The notes: generated by a model from the sequence alone, not told the origin. DNA of 24,000 nucleotides from Cedecea neteri NBRC 105707 = ATCC 33855 (GCF_001571265.1 NZ_BCTL01000010.1:19478-43477); one strand, 5' to 3'. Positions 1 to 8,967 are shown, numbered from the stretch's first letter. Made by a program: numbers and translations.

Positions 1-132
1 AGCCCGACACCCAGCCATCTTTCTACTGGAAACTCAGACGCGCAATTTCTGAAAATATGTCTATATGTTAATAGGTGGGTCTCAGGAAAAACTTTGAAAC
101 ATCCACTCAGCATGTTCACCAGGGAGAGTGAA

Positions 133-780
133 ATGAGAGCAGGTCTGCCACTTGCAGGGCTAATATTGATGATACCAACCCTGGTATGGGGAACCACGCT
201 GCGCCTTTCTGCCGACGTGGATTTACTGGTCCTGGACGGTAAAAGGGTTTCCAGTTCGCTCCTTAAAGGGGCTGACAGCATTGAGATAGATAATGGGCCG
301 CATCAGTTGGTTCTGCGTATTGAAAAAAAATTATCCAGCACACGTAATCGACCTTCCGGGATATCCCCACCGATGGTGATTAGTTTTGATACCAAAGAGA
401 TAGACCAGGTCAATATTGTTCTGCCGCTAAAAGAACTCAATCATTCTGTAGCCGCTTTTCAAATTAAGCTGCTGGATGGCCAGGCTCACCCAATTCCCAC
501 CCGAACAGACATTTTGGAGATAAAATCCGATCCAACCGGAACGGATTATGAAGAAGAAACTCAGCGCTATAATAAATCAGGAAGAAAAGCGTCAATGCCT
601 GGATTCGCGAATATCAAAATCAACGAAAGCGTTCAGCAATTTGCCCTGGCGATTCCCGACTTTCCACCTGCACAATCTGAAGCACTCACAGAACAACGGT
701 TGAGATACTGGTTCAGTCAGGCAGATAAGCCGACACGGGCACGTTTTTTACGCTGGGCAAATGAGACAGCCAATCCATAG
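133..780 (+). CDS. yccT: UPF0319/DUF2057 periplasmic protein YccT
   Basis: In ORF 94..780, the blocks TTLRLSxDVDLLVLDGK, DNGPHQLV, ISPP, RYNKSxxKAS and TEQRLRYWF match my recollection of E. coli YccT. The ATG at 133 follows a GGGAGAG Shine-Dalgarno (121-128) and opens a signal-peptide-like segment (LPLAGLILMIPTLVWG). The track start at 94 is a TTG with no SD. Position next to mgsA agrees with K-12 synteny. Confidence 0.8.
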   Translation: MRAGLPLAGLILMIPTLVWGTTLRLSADVDLLVLDGKRVSSSLLKGADSIEIDNGPHQLVLRIEKKLSSTRNRPSGISPPMVISFDTKEIDQVNIVLPLKELNHSVAAFQIKLLDGQAHPIPTRTDILEIKSDPTGTDYEEETQRYNKSGRKASMPGFANIKINESVQQFALAIPDFPPAQSEALTEQRLRYWFSQADKPTRARFLRWANETANP

Positions 781-880
781 CAATGCCTCGAGATGCCTCG
801 CTTTTTTGACGTTCTACTCTTGCAGCCCCGGGTGCTTTTAGTAATCTGTTAGCAGCCTAAAACTACCCAGGAAACAGAGA

Positions 881-1339
881 ATGGAACTAACGACCCGTAC
901 CCTTGCGGTAAAAAAACATATCGCACTGGTTGCCCACGATCACTGTAAGGATGCACTTTTGAAATGGGTGCAACGCCACAAAGCAACGCTTGCCAACCAC
1001 ACTCTCTATGCCACCGGGACAACAGGTAATTTAATTCAGCGAGCAACAGGTCTTGAAGTCAATGCGATGCTCAGTGGCCCAATGGGGGGCGATCAGCAGG
1101 TAGGCGCCTTAATTTCCGAAGGCAAAATTGATGTCCTGATTTTCTTCTGGGATCCACTCAATGCCGTTCCTCACGATCCTGACGTTAAGGCGCTGCTGCG
1201 TCTGGCGACCGTATGGAATATCCCGGTCGCCACCAACCTTTCTACCGCCGATTTTATTATTCATTCACCGGGCTTCAATGAAAGCGTGGATATTCTTATT
1301 CCGGATTACCAACGCTACCTGAATGAACGCCTGAAATAA
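881..1339 (+). CDS. mgsA: methylglyoxal synthase
   Basis: The 152-aa ORF carries the MELTTRTL...[10 protein letters not shown]...YATGTTG...GPMGGDQQ...FFWDPL blocks typical of MgsA, at the same length as E. coli MgsA. GGAAACAGAG precedes the ATG. Confidence 0.95.
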   Translation: MELTTRTLAVKKHIALVAHDHCKDALLKWVQRHKATLANHTLYATGTTGNLIQRATGLEVNAMLSGPMGGDQQVGALISEGKIDVLIFFWDPLNAVPHDPDVKALLRLATVWNIPVATNLSTADFIIHSPGFNESVDILIPDYQRYLNERLK

Positions 1340-3394
1340 TCATGGGCGATTAGCCGCTGGCACGCCAAGACGCTTAAGTGCCTCAACAAAGACAGAGGGT
1401 TCCTGCTTGCTGAACATAAGCCAGACCCGATGGCGTGCTCGCGTCAGCGCGACATAAAGTAAACGCCGCTCCTCTGCATCCGGGAAATCCTCCGGCTGTG
1501 GCAGGAGCGCCTGCTCCATGATTGACTCCCGTGCGGGTGCAGGAAAACCTTCTTTTCCGTCCTGCAGACCAAGAATGATCACATAATCCGCCTGTTGCCC
1601 TTTGCTGGCATGGATAGTCATAAAATCGATATTGAGCTTAGGCCATCGCGTCGCAGCTTTTTCCAGACTGTCCGGGCGCAAATGGTGGTACCGCGCCAAC
1701 ACCAAAATTCTCTGTTCGGGCAAGGCGTAGCCACTGAGTTTGTCGAGTAAATCATCGAGCCTGTCATCGGCAAGCAGAGTCACTGCTTTTTTGTCCCCTT
1801 TAGAGAGGCTATTGAGTGGCTTACGCAATTGATACGGGTTTTGCTGCACAAAACCGTTCGCAATTTCGCCGATTCGATCGTTAAAGCGATACGTGGTATC
1901 CAGCGCGCAGCTGTCACCTTCACCAAAATGATGGCTGAATGCCGTGGTGAGCGTCATTTCCGCCCCGCTAAATCGGTAGATAGCCTGCCAGTCGTCCCCT
2001 ACGGCGTAGAGCGAAGTATGGGAATTCTGCCGCCTTAACGCGGCCAGTAAGGCGGCTCGCTGGGGGGAAATGTCTTGAAACTCATCGACAAGGATATGCT
2101 TCCACGGGCTGATAAACCGGCCCTTTTCGAGCACATTAATTGCCTGATGAATAAGACCGGAGAAATCAACTGCCTCTTCGGCTTTAAGGGCTGTTTTCCA
2201 GCTTTTCAACAATGGTGCCATCAGCTTAATACGCTTAGTGAAAAGTTCCCTGACCTCTTCCGGTGCGCTGTCTATCATTTCTGCCTGTGAACCACCGTGC
2301 ATCCGCATCAGGCCAAGCCAACGGTCAAGCCGGCTGGCAAGTCGCTTTGCCAGACGCTTATCCTGCCAGTATTCACCCTCAGGGATATCCCACTCAAGTT
2401 CTTCGCTAAGCCACTGCCACCAGCCTTTGGCCATCGCCTTTTTTTCCCGGCATTGCTGCCGCCAGCTGTCGATGAGCAGTTGATGGCGAGCCGCTGTGTC
2501 GCTCTCAAGTTCACTGACTCGAGGAACTTTCTTGCTCCCCTGCTGAATGATGTGCAGCGCCAGTGAGTGGAAAGTTCTGGCGGAAATAGCCTCAGTATTA
2601 AGCCGGCTAGCTATACGCTCATCCATTTCCTGTGCGGCCTGACGGCCAAAGGCTAAAAGCAGGATTTGCTCCTCTGTTGCTTCGCCGCGCTGTAACAACC
2701 ATCCAGCACGCGCCACAAGAACAGAGGTTTTGCCGCTACCAGCGCCAGCCAGCACCAGTAGAGAATCCTCTCCATTCACCACGGCACGGGCCTGGGACGG
2801 ATTCAGCGGCGAGCTTTCAACCTGCTCAAAGAAAGCGGCATATTTTTCCAGCATCCGTTCGGTGTAAGCATTATTACGCTGGTGTCGACGCTCTTCGCCT
2901 TGTTCAAGCCAGACTTTACATATGGCCCACGCTTCGCGGCAGTTCTCAAATTCGCCGAGCCGGGAATGGGGAATCGGAAGGGCCGCAATAGCGGCGCGAA
3001 GGTTATCCTGCAACGCCTGCATATCGCTCCGTCGGAACCACACCTCTTTACGGGTACGACTGGCTATATCTTCTCGCTGAGCGATTAAAACTTCAGCAGC
3101 CACCTCGCTCATCTCCGTGCTCCAGTTAAGCCAAAGCGAATTCAGATGGTGGAAAAAACGCTGGGTTTCCGCCCATTCGGTACCGTGCAGGCGCACAACC
3201 TTGTCTTCAGGAAGAACGAATTCCAACTCGCCCCAAACCAAGCCACGCTTGCAGTTAATCGCTATTAACTGATTGAATGGGATGAGGTATTCATGGCGAT
3301 CGCCTTTGACCTCAACGCCGGCAGGTAACAGTTTGACCCGATTATAAGGGTGCTGTGCCAAATGCTTGCCGAGAGAAGTTGATTTGAGTTCCAT
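1340..3394 (-). CDS. helD: DNA helicase IV (UvrD/Rep superfamily 1)
   Basis: It aligns by eye along its whole length to E. coli HelD, starting MELKxTxLGK..HPY. It has Walker A AGAGSGKTS, motif II ILVDEFQDISP and motif VI YVALTRAR. I chose the ATG at 3394 (684 aa, as in K-12) over the track start at 3430, which adds 12 non-conserved residues. Confidence 0.92.
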   Translation of the reverse strand: MELKSTSLGKHLAQHPYNRVKLLPAGVEVKGDRHEYLIPFNQLIAINCKRGLVWGELEFVLPEDKVVRLHGTEWAETQRFFHHLNSLWLNWSTEMSEVAAEVLIAQREDIASRTRKEVWFRRSDMQALQDNLRAAIAALPIPHSRLGEFENCREAWAICKVWLEQGEERRHQRNNAYTERMLEKYAAFFEQVESSPLNPSQARAVVNGEDSLLVLAGAGSGKTSVLVARAGWLLQRGEATEEQILLLAFGRQAAQEMDERIASRLNTEAISARTFHSLALHIIQQGSKKVPRVSELESDTAARHQLLIDSWRQQCREKKAMAKGWWQWLSEELEWDIPEGEYWQDKRLAKRLASRLDRWLGLMRMHGGSQAEMIDSAPEEVRELFTKRIKLMAPLLKSWKTALKAEEAVDFSGLIHQAINVLEKGRFISPWKHILVDEFQDISPQRAALLAALRRQNSHTSLYAVGDDWQAIYRFSGAEMTLTTAFSHHFGEGDSCALDTTYRFNDRIGEIANGFVQQNPYQLRKPLNSLSKGDKKAVTLLADDRLDDLLDKLSGYALPEQRILVLARYHHLRPDSLEKAATRWPKLNIDFMTIHASKGQQADYVIILGLQDGKEGFPAPARESIMEQALLPQPEDFPDAEERRLLYVALTRARHRVWLMFSKQEPSVFVEALKRLGVPAANRP

Positions 3395-3472
3395 TACATT
3401 GCCCGATCCGATGTGGGAATTATGACTCAAGTTTAACTGCCGATGGAATGACGCTCCAGAGTAAAAACGCGT

Positions 3473-3478
3473 TATAAT
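3473..3478 (+). promoter_or_regulatory. candidate -10 hexamer (TATAAT) for the yccF-yccS operon
   Basis: A perfect TATAAT lies 47 nt upstream of the yccF ATG in the helD/yccF divergent spacer. Only a weak -35-like ATGACG (3448-3453) is present, at non-ideal spacing. Confidence 0.3.
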
Positions 3479-3524
3479 TTCTACGGTTAATCACTCTTTA
3501 TTTTTCTGTCAGGGAAGCGTCACT

Positions 3525-3971
3525 ATGCGTACCGTACTTAATGTTCTGAACTTTGTGCTGGGGGGCTTCTTGACCACCCTCTCATGGTTGTTTGCCACGC
3601 TGATCAGCATCGTGCTGATTTTCACTCTGCCGCTGACTCGTTCCTGTTGGGAAATCACCAAGCTTTCCTTTGTGCCCTACGGCAATGAAGCCGTTCATGT
3701 GGATGAGCTTAACCCACAGGGTAAAAATACGCTGCTAAATACGGGGGGCACCCTGTTAAATGTGCTTTGGCTGATCTTCTTCGGCTGGTGGCTATGCATT
3801 ATGCATATCATGGCAGGTATTGCGCAGTGTATTACCCTTATCGGCATCCCTGTAGGGATTGCGAACTTCAAGATTGCGGCCATCGCGTTATGGCCCGTTG
3901 GCCGCCGGGTTGTGCCGGTTGAAGTAGCAAGAGCTGCCCGCGAATCCAATGCTCGTCGCCGTTTCCAGTAA
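3525..3971 (+). CDS. yccF: inner membrane protein YccF (DUF307)
   Basis: The 148-aa hydrophobic ORF has an AGGGAAG SD upstream. Its sequence (MRTVLN.LNFVLGG..., GIPVGIANFKIA) and its position immediately upstream of yccS match E. coli YccF. Confidence 0.9.
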   Translation: MRTVLNVLNFVLGGFLTTLSWLFATLISIVLIFTLPLTRSCWEITKLSFVPYGNEAVHVDELNPQGKNTLLNTGGTLLNVLWLIFFGWWLCIMHIMAGIAQCITLIGIPVGIANFKIAAIALWPVGRRVVPVEVARAARESNARRRFQ

Positions 3972-3980
3972 GGAGCAGTT

Positions 3981-6122
3981 GTGCTGACCCTAAGCCCACT
4001 GGTACGTCGTTATACATGGAACAGCGCCTGGCTTTATAACTTGCGCATATTTATTGCTCTTGCAGGCACCGCGGCACTGCCGTGGTGGCTCGGTGAAGTC
4101 AAGCTGACGATTCCCCTCACGCTTGGCGTTGTGGCCGCCGCCCTGGCCGATCTCGACGACCGCGTAAGTGGTAGGCTACGAAATTTACTGATCACTTTAG
4201 TCAGCTTTTTCATTGCTTCAGCATCCGTTGAGTTACTGTTCCCCTGGCCGTGGCTGTTTGCAGTGGGTCTAACGGTATCCACCAGCGGATTTATTCTCCT
4301 TGGAGGATTAGGGCAACGCTATGCCACCATTGCCTTTGGGGCGCTGCTTATCGCCATCTACACGATGCTCGGTATTTCCCTCTATGAGCACTGGTATCAA
4401 CAACCGCTATTCCTTTTAGCAGGCGCCGTCTGGTACAACCTACTGACGTTAGCAGGCCATTTGATTTTCCCGATTCGCCCACTGCAGGACAACCTGGCAC
4501 GCTGTTATGAAAGCCTCGCGAGCTTTTTGGAAATAAAAGCCACGCTGTTTGATCCTGATATCGAAGAAGAAAGCCAGGCTCCAATGCTCCAGTTGGCCAT
4601 GGCTAATAGCCAATTAGTGACCACGTTAAACCAGACGAAAAGCTCATTACTGACTCGACTTCGCGGCGATCGGGGGCAGAGAGGCACTCGTCGAACACTT
4701 CACTATTATTTCGTGGCCCAGGATATTCACGAACGAGCGAGTTCATCCCATATTCAATATCAGGCTTTGCGCGATAAGTTTCGCTATAGCGACGTGATGT
4801 TCCGCTTTCAGCGCCTGCTAACGATGCAATCACAGGCCTGCCAGCAGCTCTCTCGATCTATCCTGTTGCGAGTCCCCTATCAGCACGATCCAAGGTTTGA
4901 ACGTGCATTTACCCATCTGGACTCCGCTCTGGACCGGATTCGAGCGAGTCATGCAACCGCTTCAGAGATAAAAGCATTGGGCTTTCTAATAACAAATCTG
5001 AAGGCAATTGACGCGCAACTGGCAAACATTGAGTCAGAACAGGCCATTGCTGAGCCGCAGAACGATCCAGAGAATCGTTTAGCCGACGACAAGCTGACCG
5101 GCTTCGATGATATCTGGCAGCGGCTAAAGCTTAATCTCACGCCAGAATCCGCGCTCTTTCGCCATGCGGTACGTATGTCACTGGTTCTCTGCGTGGGCTA
5201 TGCGTTTATTCAATTTACGGGTTTGCAGCACGGTTACTGGATACTTTTAACCAGCCTGTTTGTCTGTCAGCCGAACTACAGTGCGACCCGGAGACGCTTA
5301 GCGCTGCGTATCATCGGCACATTGGTTGGGGTGGCCGTTGGCCTGCCCTTGCTTTGGCTTGTCCCGTCCATTGAAGGCCAACTGATACTGATCGTCATTA
5401 CCGGCGTGCTGTTCTTCGCTTTCCGCAATGTGCAATACGCCCATGCAACCATGTTTATTACGCTGCTAGTGCTGCTGTGCTTTAACCTGTTGGGAGAAGG
5501 TTTTGAAGTCGCTCTCCCGCGAGTTATTGATACACTATTAGGCTGCGCAATAGCCTGGGCAGCGGTGAGTTTCATCTGGCCTGACTGGCGATTCCGTCGA
5601 CTTTCCAGGGTCGTTGAACGGGCGTTCAACGCCAATTGTCGCTATCTGGATGCGATTCTTGAGCAGTACCACCAGGGGCGTGATAACCGGCTGCAATATC
5701 GCATTGCCCGGCGGGATGCCCATAACAGAGACGCTGATTTGGCCTCCGTTGTTTCAAATATGTCATCTGAACCTCGTGTCTCAGATGAGATGAGGGAAGC
5801 GGCATTTCGCCTGCTTTGCCTGAATCACTCCTTTAATAGCTATATTTCAGCATTAGGTGCACACAGGGAAAAACTTAACCACGGTGATACGTTACTGCTA
5901 CTTGATGACGCCGTCTGCTATGTGGATGACGCACTGCACCACCTGCCTGTCGATGAGGAACGTGTTCAGACTGCTCTGGCAGACCTCTCCGCGCGTATTT
6001 CACTGCTTGAGACTCGGGCAGAAACAAAAGAACCCCTGGTCTTGCAACAAATTGGGTTATTGATTGCTCTTCTGCCTGAGATCTCACGTCTTCAACAGCA
6101 AATATCTCAGTGCTCAGAGTAA
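3981..6122 (+). CDS. yccS: FUSC-family inner membrane protein YccS
   Basis: The 713-aa ORF matches E. coli YccS by eye over its whole length (RYTWNSAWLY, LHYYFVAQDIHERASSSHIQYQ, FVCQPNYxATRxRL, GYWILLTSLF). It uses a GTG start 5 nt after an AAGGAG SD that overlaps the yccF TAA stop, implying translational coupling. Confidence 0.92.
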   Translation: MLTLSPLVRRYTWNSAWLYNLRIFIALAGTAALPWWLGEVKLTIPLTLGVVAAALADLDDRVSGRLRNLLITLVSFFIASASVELLFPWPWLFAVGLTVSTSGFILLGGLGQRYATIAFGALLIAIYTMLGISLYEHWYQQPLFLLAGAVWYNLLTLAGHLIFPIRPLQDNLARCYESLASFLEIKATLFDPDIEEESQAPMLQLAMANSQLVTTLNQTKSSLLTRLRGDRGQRGTRRTLHYYFVAQDIHERASSSHIQYQALRDKFRYSDVMFRFQRLLTMQSQACQQLSRSILLRVPYQHDPRFERAFTHLDSALDRIRASHATASEIKALGFLITNLKAIDAQLANIESEQAIAEPQNDPENRLADDKLTGFDDIWQRLKLNLTPESALFRHAVRMSLVLCVGYAFIQFTGLQHGYWILLTSLFVCQPNYSATRRRLALRIIGTLVGVAVGLPLLWLVPSIEGQLILIVITGVLFFAFRNVQYAHATMFITLLVLLCFNLLGEGFEVALPRVIDTLLGCAIAWAAVSFIWPDWRFRRLSRVVERAFNANCRYLDAILEQYHQGRDNRLQYRIARRDAHNRDADLASVVSNMSSEPRVSDEMREAAFRLLCLNHSFNSYISALGAHREKLNHGDTLLLLDDAVCYVDDALHHLPVDEERVQTALADLSARISLLETRAETKEPLVLQQIGLLIALLPEISRLQQQISQCSE

Positions 6123-6736
6123 TGTTGCTGGCGCTGCTCATAGCGGCGCCACCAGTCCGTCAATTCTTTTCGAACATCGGCAGGCAGTACCGCCTCATGA
6201 ACACCACGAATAGCACCTGCAAGCGAGAGCAAGACTTTAATACCTACCGTTTTTCGGGTGCTGCGTAATTTTAGCCATGACCGTTTGGCACCTAAGAGTT
6301 GAAGCGTTTGTGGATCATTGATGCCCACCTCGCGAAGCATAACTTCAATATTCAGAGAAAGATTGGGGAGTTCCTTCAGGCGGAGAGAACGTATCTTGAT
6401 TTGTGTTTTCTCACGCTGGGCGCTTCTTAACGCCAGGGAAGAGAGCTGGAGGAGTTTGTCAGGATTTTTCCAAAGCTCTTCATCTACACGGTAGTAATTC
6501 AGCGCGACGGGAAGCCCGCGTTTACTGTGCATCAGAGGGGGTGCCGATTTTTGGATAAAATACTCCGCACACTGTTCACAAGCCCGCAGGTAAAGCTCAC
6601 CTTCCGACACCATAGCAAAGACCACACCTTCGACGGTCAGACTATAACCGCCAAATAACGGTCGATAACCGATTTTCCCCAGTGAAGAAAGATATTCCCG
6701 TGATTTATGAATTCTAATAAATGTCACCTTTTTCAT
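6107..6736 (-). CDS. sxy: competence regulator Sxy/TfoX (CRP-S co-activator)
   Basis: The 209-aa ORF is the same length as E. coli Sxy. Conserved blocks are LFGGYSLTV..VFAMVSxGELYLRACEQ, LNYYRVDExLW, LGAKxxWLxLR and GxHEAxLP. Confidence 0.9.
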   Translation of the reverse strand: MKKVTFIRIHKSREYLSSLGKIGYRPLFGGYSLTVEGVVFAMVSEGELYLRACEQCAEYFIQKSAPPLMHSKRGLPVALNYYRVDEELWKNPDKLLQLSSLALRSAQREKTQIKIRSLRLKELPNLSLNIEVMLREVGINDPQTLQLLGAKRSWLKLRSTRKTVGIKVLLSLAGAIRGVHEAVLPADVRKELTDWWRRYEQRQQHYSEH

Positions 6737-6889
6737 AATATGTCCTTATATATCAACTGGTAAATAGCTGCTTGAGTTACTCATCTTCTTAATCCCTGAA
6801 AATAAGTAAGGTTAAAGATAATGGCAACGACAATTTCATCTATAGCGCTTTTGCGTACCGAAAATGCGAGACACTTTCCGAAATTTCGG

Positions 6890-6932
6890 TTGATCTTTGT
6901 TCGCACAGGCATTACTGTATATGCATACAGTA
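6890..6932 (+). promoter_or_regulatory. sulA promoter (-35 TTGATC, -10 TACTGT) with overlapping LexA (SOS) box
   Basis: TTGATC (6890-6895) is followed by a 17-nt spacer and TACTGT (6913-6918). The LexA box TACTGTATATGCATACAGTA (6913-6932) fits the consensus TACTG(TA)5CAGTA with perfect 8-nt arms. The whole stretch closely resembles the E. coli sulA promoter as I recall it. Confidence 0.88.
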
Positions 6933-6953
6933 ACTCATTAGGCGGGACTCACT

Positions 6954-7463
6954 ATGCACTCACATAACGCTCAAACTCACTTTCGTCATGTTGCAGTTAC
7001 TCCGCACTCCCCGGCGCAGTCTCTCTCTGATAACAGCGTACAGGGGTTAATCAGTGAAGTGGTCTACAGTGAAGAGAGTCCATGGGTTACCCAGTTTATT
7101 CTGCTACCTTTATTACAGCAGCTGGGACAACAATCTCGCTGGCAGCTATGGCTGACGCCACAGCAAAAACTCAGCCGCGCATGGCTGCAGGGTGCCGGGC
7201 TGCCGCTGGCAAAAGTGATGCAGGCAAATCAGTTAGATCCGCTTTGTACCGTTGATGCCATGGTGAAAGCTCTACAGACGGGAAATTACAGCGTTGTTAT
7301 CGGCTGGCTACCAGAAGAATTAACAGATGAAGAACATTTACGGCTAACGATAGCAGCCGAAACAGGTAACGCGATGGGCTTTATTATGCGTCCAACCAGC
7401 ACAAGAACATCCGGTTCAAGACCACGAAATGGCCTAAAAATTCATTCTAGTTTGTATCATTAA
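6954..7463 (+). CDS. sulA: SOS cell-division inhibitor SulA
   Basis: The 169-aa ORF is the same length as E. coli SulA. It carries [54 protein letters not shown] and [10 protein letters not shown]. Confidence 0.94.
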   Translation: MHSHNAQTHFRHVAVTPHSPAQSLSDNSVQGLISEVVYSEESPWVTQFILLPLLQQLGQQSRWQLWLTPQQKLSRAWLQGAGLPLAKVMQANQLDPLCTVDAMVKALQTGNYSVVIGWLPEELTDEEHLRLTIAAETGNAMGFIMRPTSTRTSGSRPRNGLKIHSSLYH

Positions 7464-7532
7464 GTAAATTTAGGAGAAATCCTGGAATTTTTTACGTATG
7501 CCACATAATCCGCTGCCATGACTCAAAAATGC

Positions 7533-7550
7533 CCGCCATATGGCGGTTTG
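7533..7550 (+). terminator. candidate sulA terminator hairpin
   Basis: The perfect 14-nt palindrome CCGCCATATGGCGG (7533-7546) is followed by TTTG and preceded by AAAAA. The stem is short and the U-tract is weak. Confidence 0.4.
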
Positions 7551-7651
7551 ACGGGGTTCACTTGACAGAGGCCTCGTTCAAAAAACAGTCCACTTTGTAA
7601 AAAAATATGTATGCAAGTCGTTTTTTTTCATATGCCTGACGGACTTCACAC

Positions 7652-7679
7652 TTGTAACTTTTCAACTACGTTGTAGACT
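7652..7679 (+). promoter_or_regulatory. ompA promoter (-35 TTGTAA, -10 TAGACT)
   Basis: TTGTAA (7652-7657) is followed by a 16-nt spacer and TAGACT (7674-7679). The stretch CTTGTAAnTTTTCAACTACGTTGTAGACTTTAC is nearly identical to the E. coli ompA promoter as I recall it. Confidence 0.65.
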
Positions 7680-7686
7680 TTACCTC

Positions 7687-7820
7687 GCCAGGGTTGCTCT
7701 TCATAACACCGATATATCGGTAGAGTAACAATTGAGCGTAAACCCGGGCGAAGGATTTAACCCTGGGCTTTAAATTGGTTTAGAGCTCATGGCCTTTTGG
7801 ATGATAATGAGGCGCAAAAA
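7687..7820 (+). promoter_or_regulatory. ompA long 5' UTR (mRNA-stabilising stem-loops and sRNA/Hfq target around the RBS)
   Basis: It starts GCCAGGG as in the E. coli ompA leader. It contains the perfect palindrome ACCGATATATCGGT (7708-7721, the 5' hairpin) and the conserved TTTGGATGATAAnGAGGCGCAAAAAATG RBS region. Its ~134 nt length equals that of the classical ompA leader. Confidence 0.7.
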
Positions 7821-8876
7821 ATGAAAAAGACAGCTATCGCGATTGCAGTGGCACTGGCTGGCTTCGCTACCGTAGCGCAGGCCGCACCGAAAGATAACAC
7901 CTGGTATGCGGGTGGCAAACTGGGCTGGTCTCAGTTCCACGATACCGGCTGGTATGACAAGGCCCAGCAAAACAACGGTAACACCCACGAAAGCCAGCTG
8001 GGCGCTGGTGCCTTCGGTGGTTATCAGGTTAACCCGTACGTTGGTTTTGAAATGGGTTACGACTGGCTTGGCCGTATGCCTTACAAAGGCAGCGAAGTTA
8101 GCGGTGCCTTCAAGGCTCAGGGCGTACAGCTGACCACCAAACTGGGTTACCCAATCACTGACGATCTGGACATCTACACCCGTCTGGGCGGCATGGTATG
8201 GCGTGCAGATTCTAAAAACACCATCGGTGGTAAAAACCACGACACTGGTGTTTCCCCAGTATTCGCTGGTGGCGTTGAGTGGGCAGTTACCCGTGATATC
8301 GCTACCCGTCTGGAATACCAGTGGGTTAACAACATCGGTGACGCACAGACCGTTGGCGTTCGTCCTGACAACGGCATGCTGAGCGTAGGTGTTTCCTACC
8401 GCTTTGGCCAGCAGGAAGAAGCTGCACCAGTTGTAGCTCCAGCTCCGGCTCCAGCACCAGAAGTACAGACCAAACACTTCACTCTGAAGTCTGACGTTCT
8501 GTTCAACTTCAACAAAGCAACCCTGAAACCAGAAGGTCAGCAGGCACTGGATCAGCTGTACACCCAGCTGAGCAACCTGGATCCTAAAGATGGTTCCGTT
8601 GTTGTTCTGGGCTACACCGACCGTATCGGTTCCGAGCAGTACAACCTGAAACTGTCTGAAAAACGTGCTCAGAGCGTTGTTGATTACCTGATCTCTAAAG
8701 GTATCCCAGCGAACAAAATCTCTCCACGTGGCATGGGCAAAGCTAACCCAGTTACCGGCAACACCTGTGACAACGTAGCGCCTAAAGCTAAACTGATCGA
8801 CTGCCTGGCTCCAGATCGTCGTGTTGAGATCGAAGTTAAAGGTATCAAAGAAGTTGTAACTCAGCCTGCGGCATAA
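7821..8876 (+). CDS. ompA: outer membrane protein A
   Basis: It has the signal peptide [21 protein letters not shown]|APKDNTWY and beta-barrel strands identical to E. coli OmpA. It also has the APAPAPAPE hinge, a C-terminal OmpA-like peptidoglycan-binding domain ([22 protein letters not shown]) and the conserved Cys pair. The true start is the ATG at 7821 (GAGG SD at 7809-7812), not the track start at 7797. Confidence 0.97.
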   Translation: MKKTAIAIAVALAGFATVAQAAPKDNTWYAGGKLGWSQFHDTGWYDKAQQNNGNTHESQLGAGAFGGYQVNPYVGFEMGYDWLGRMPYKGSEVSGAFKAQGVQLTTKLGYPITDDLDIYTRLGGMVWRADSKNTIGGKNHDTGVSPVFAGGVEWAVTRDIATRLEYQWVNNIGDAQTVGVRPDNGMLSVGVSYRFGQQEEAAPVVAPAPAPAPEVQTKHFTLKSDVLFNFNKATLKPEGQQALDQLYTQLSNLDPKDGSVVVLGYTDRIGSEQYNLKLSEKRAQSVVDYLISKGIPANKISPRGMGKANPVTGNTCDNVAPKAKLIDCLAPDRRVEIEVKGIKEVVTQPAA

Positions 8877-8893
8877 GTTACCCTTCCTTGAAC

Positions 8894-8920
8894 AAAAACC
8901 CCGCCATGGCGGGGTTTTTT
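8894..8920. terminator. bidirectional Rho-independent terminator shared by ompA and matP
   Basis: In AAAAACCCCGCCATGGCGGGGTTTTTT, a GC-rich stem CCCCGCC/GGCGGGG is flanked by an A5 run and a T6 run, between two convergent genes. Confidence 0.88.
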
Positions 8921-8967
8921 ATTGTCTGAGATTTCGTGATGGCTCGGTCGCAAGCTTTTTCATCGCG

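Noticed and set aside
94-132. Longer N-terminal extensions offered by the ORF track: yccT TTG at 94, helD at 3430, ompA at 7797, pqiB at 18900
   Set aside because: In each case the extension is absent from the E. coli orthologue as I recall it. Each extension also lacks an SD, whereas the internal ATG has one or begins the signal peptide or conserved N-terminus.
7770-8477. 235-aa minus-strand ORF overlapping the ompA promoter, leader and barrel
   Set aside because: It is antisense to one of the most conserved and highly expressed genes, and its product has no recognisable features. I treat it as a shadow ORF.
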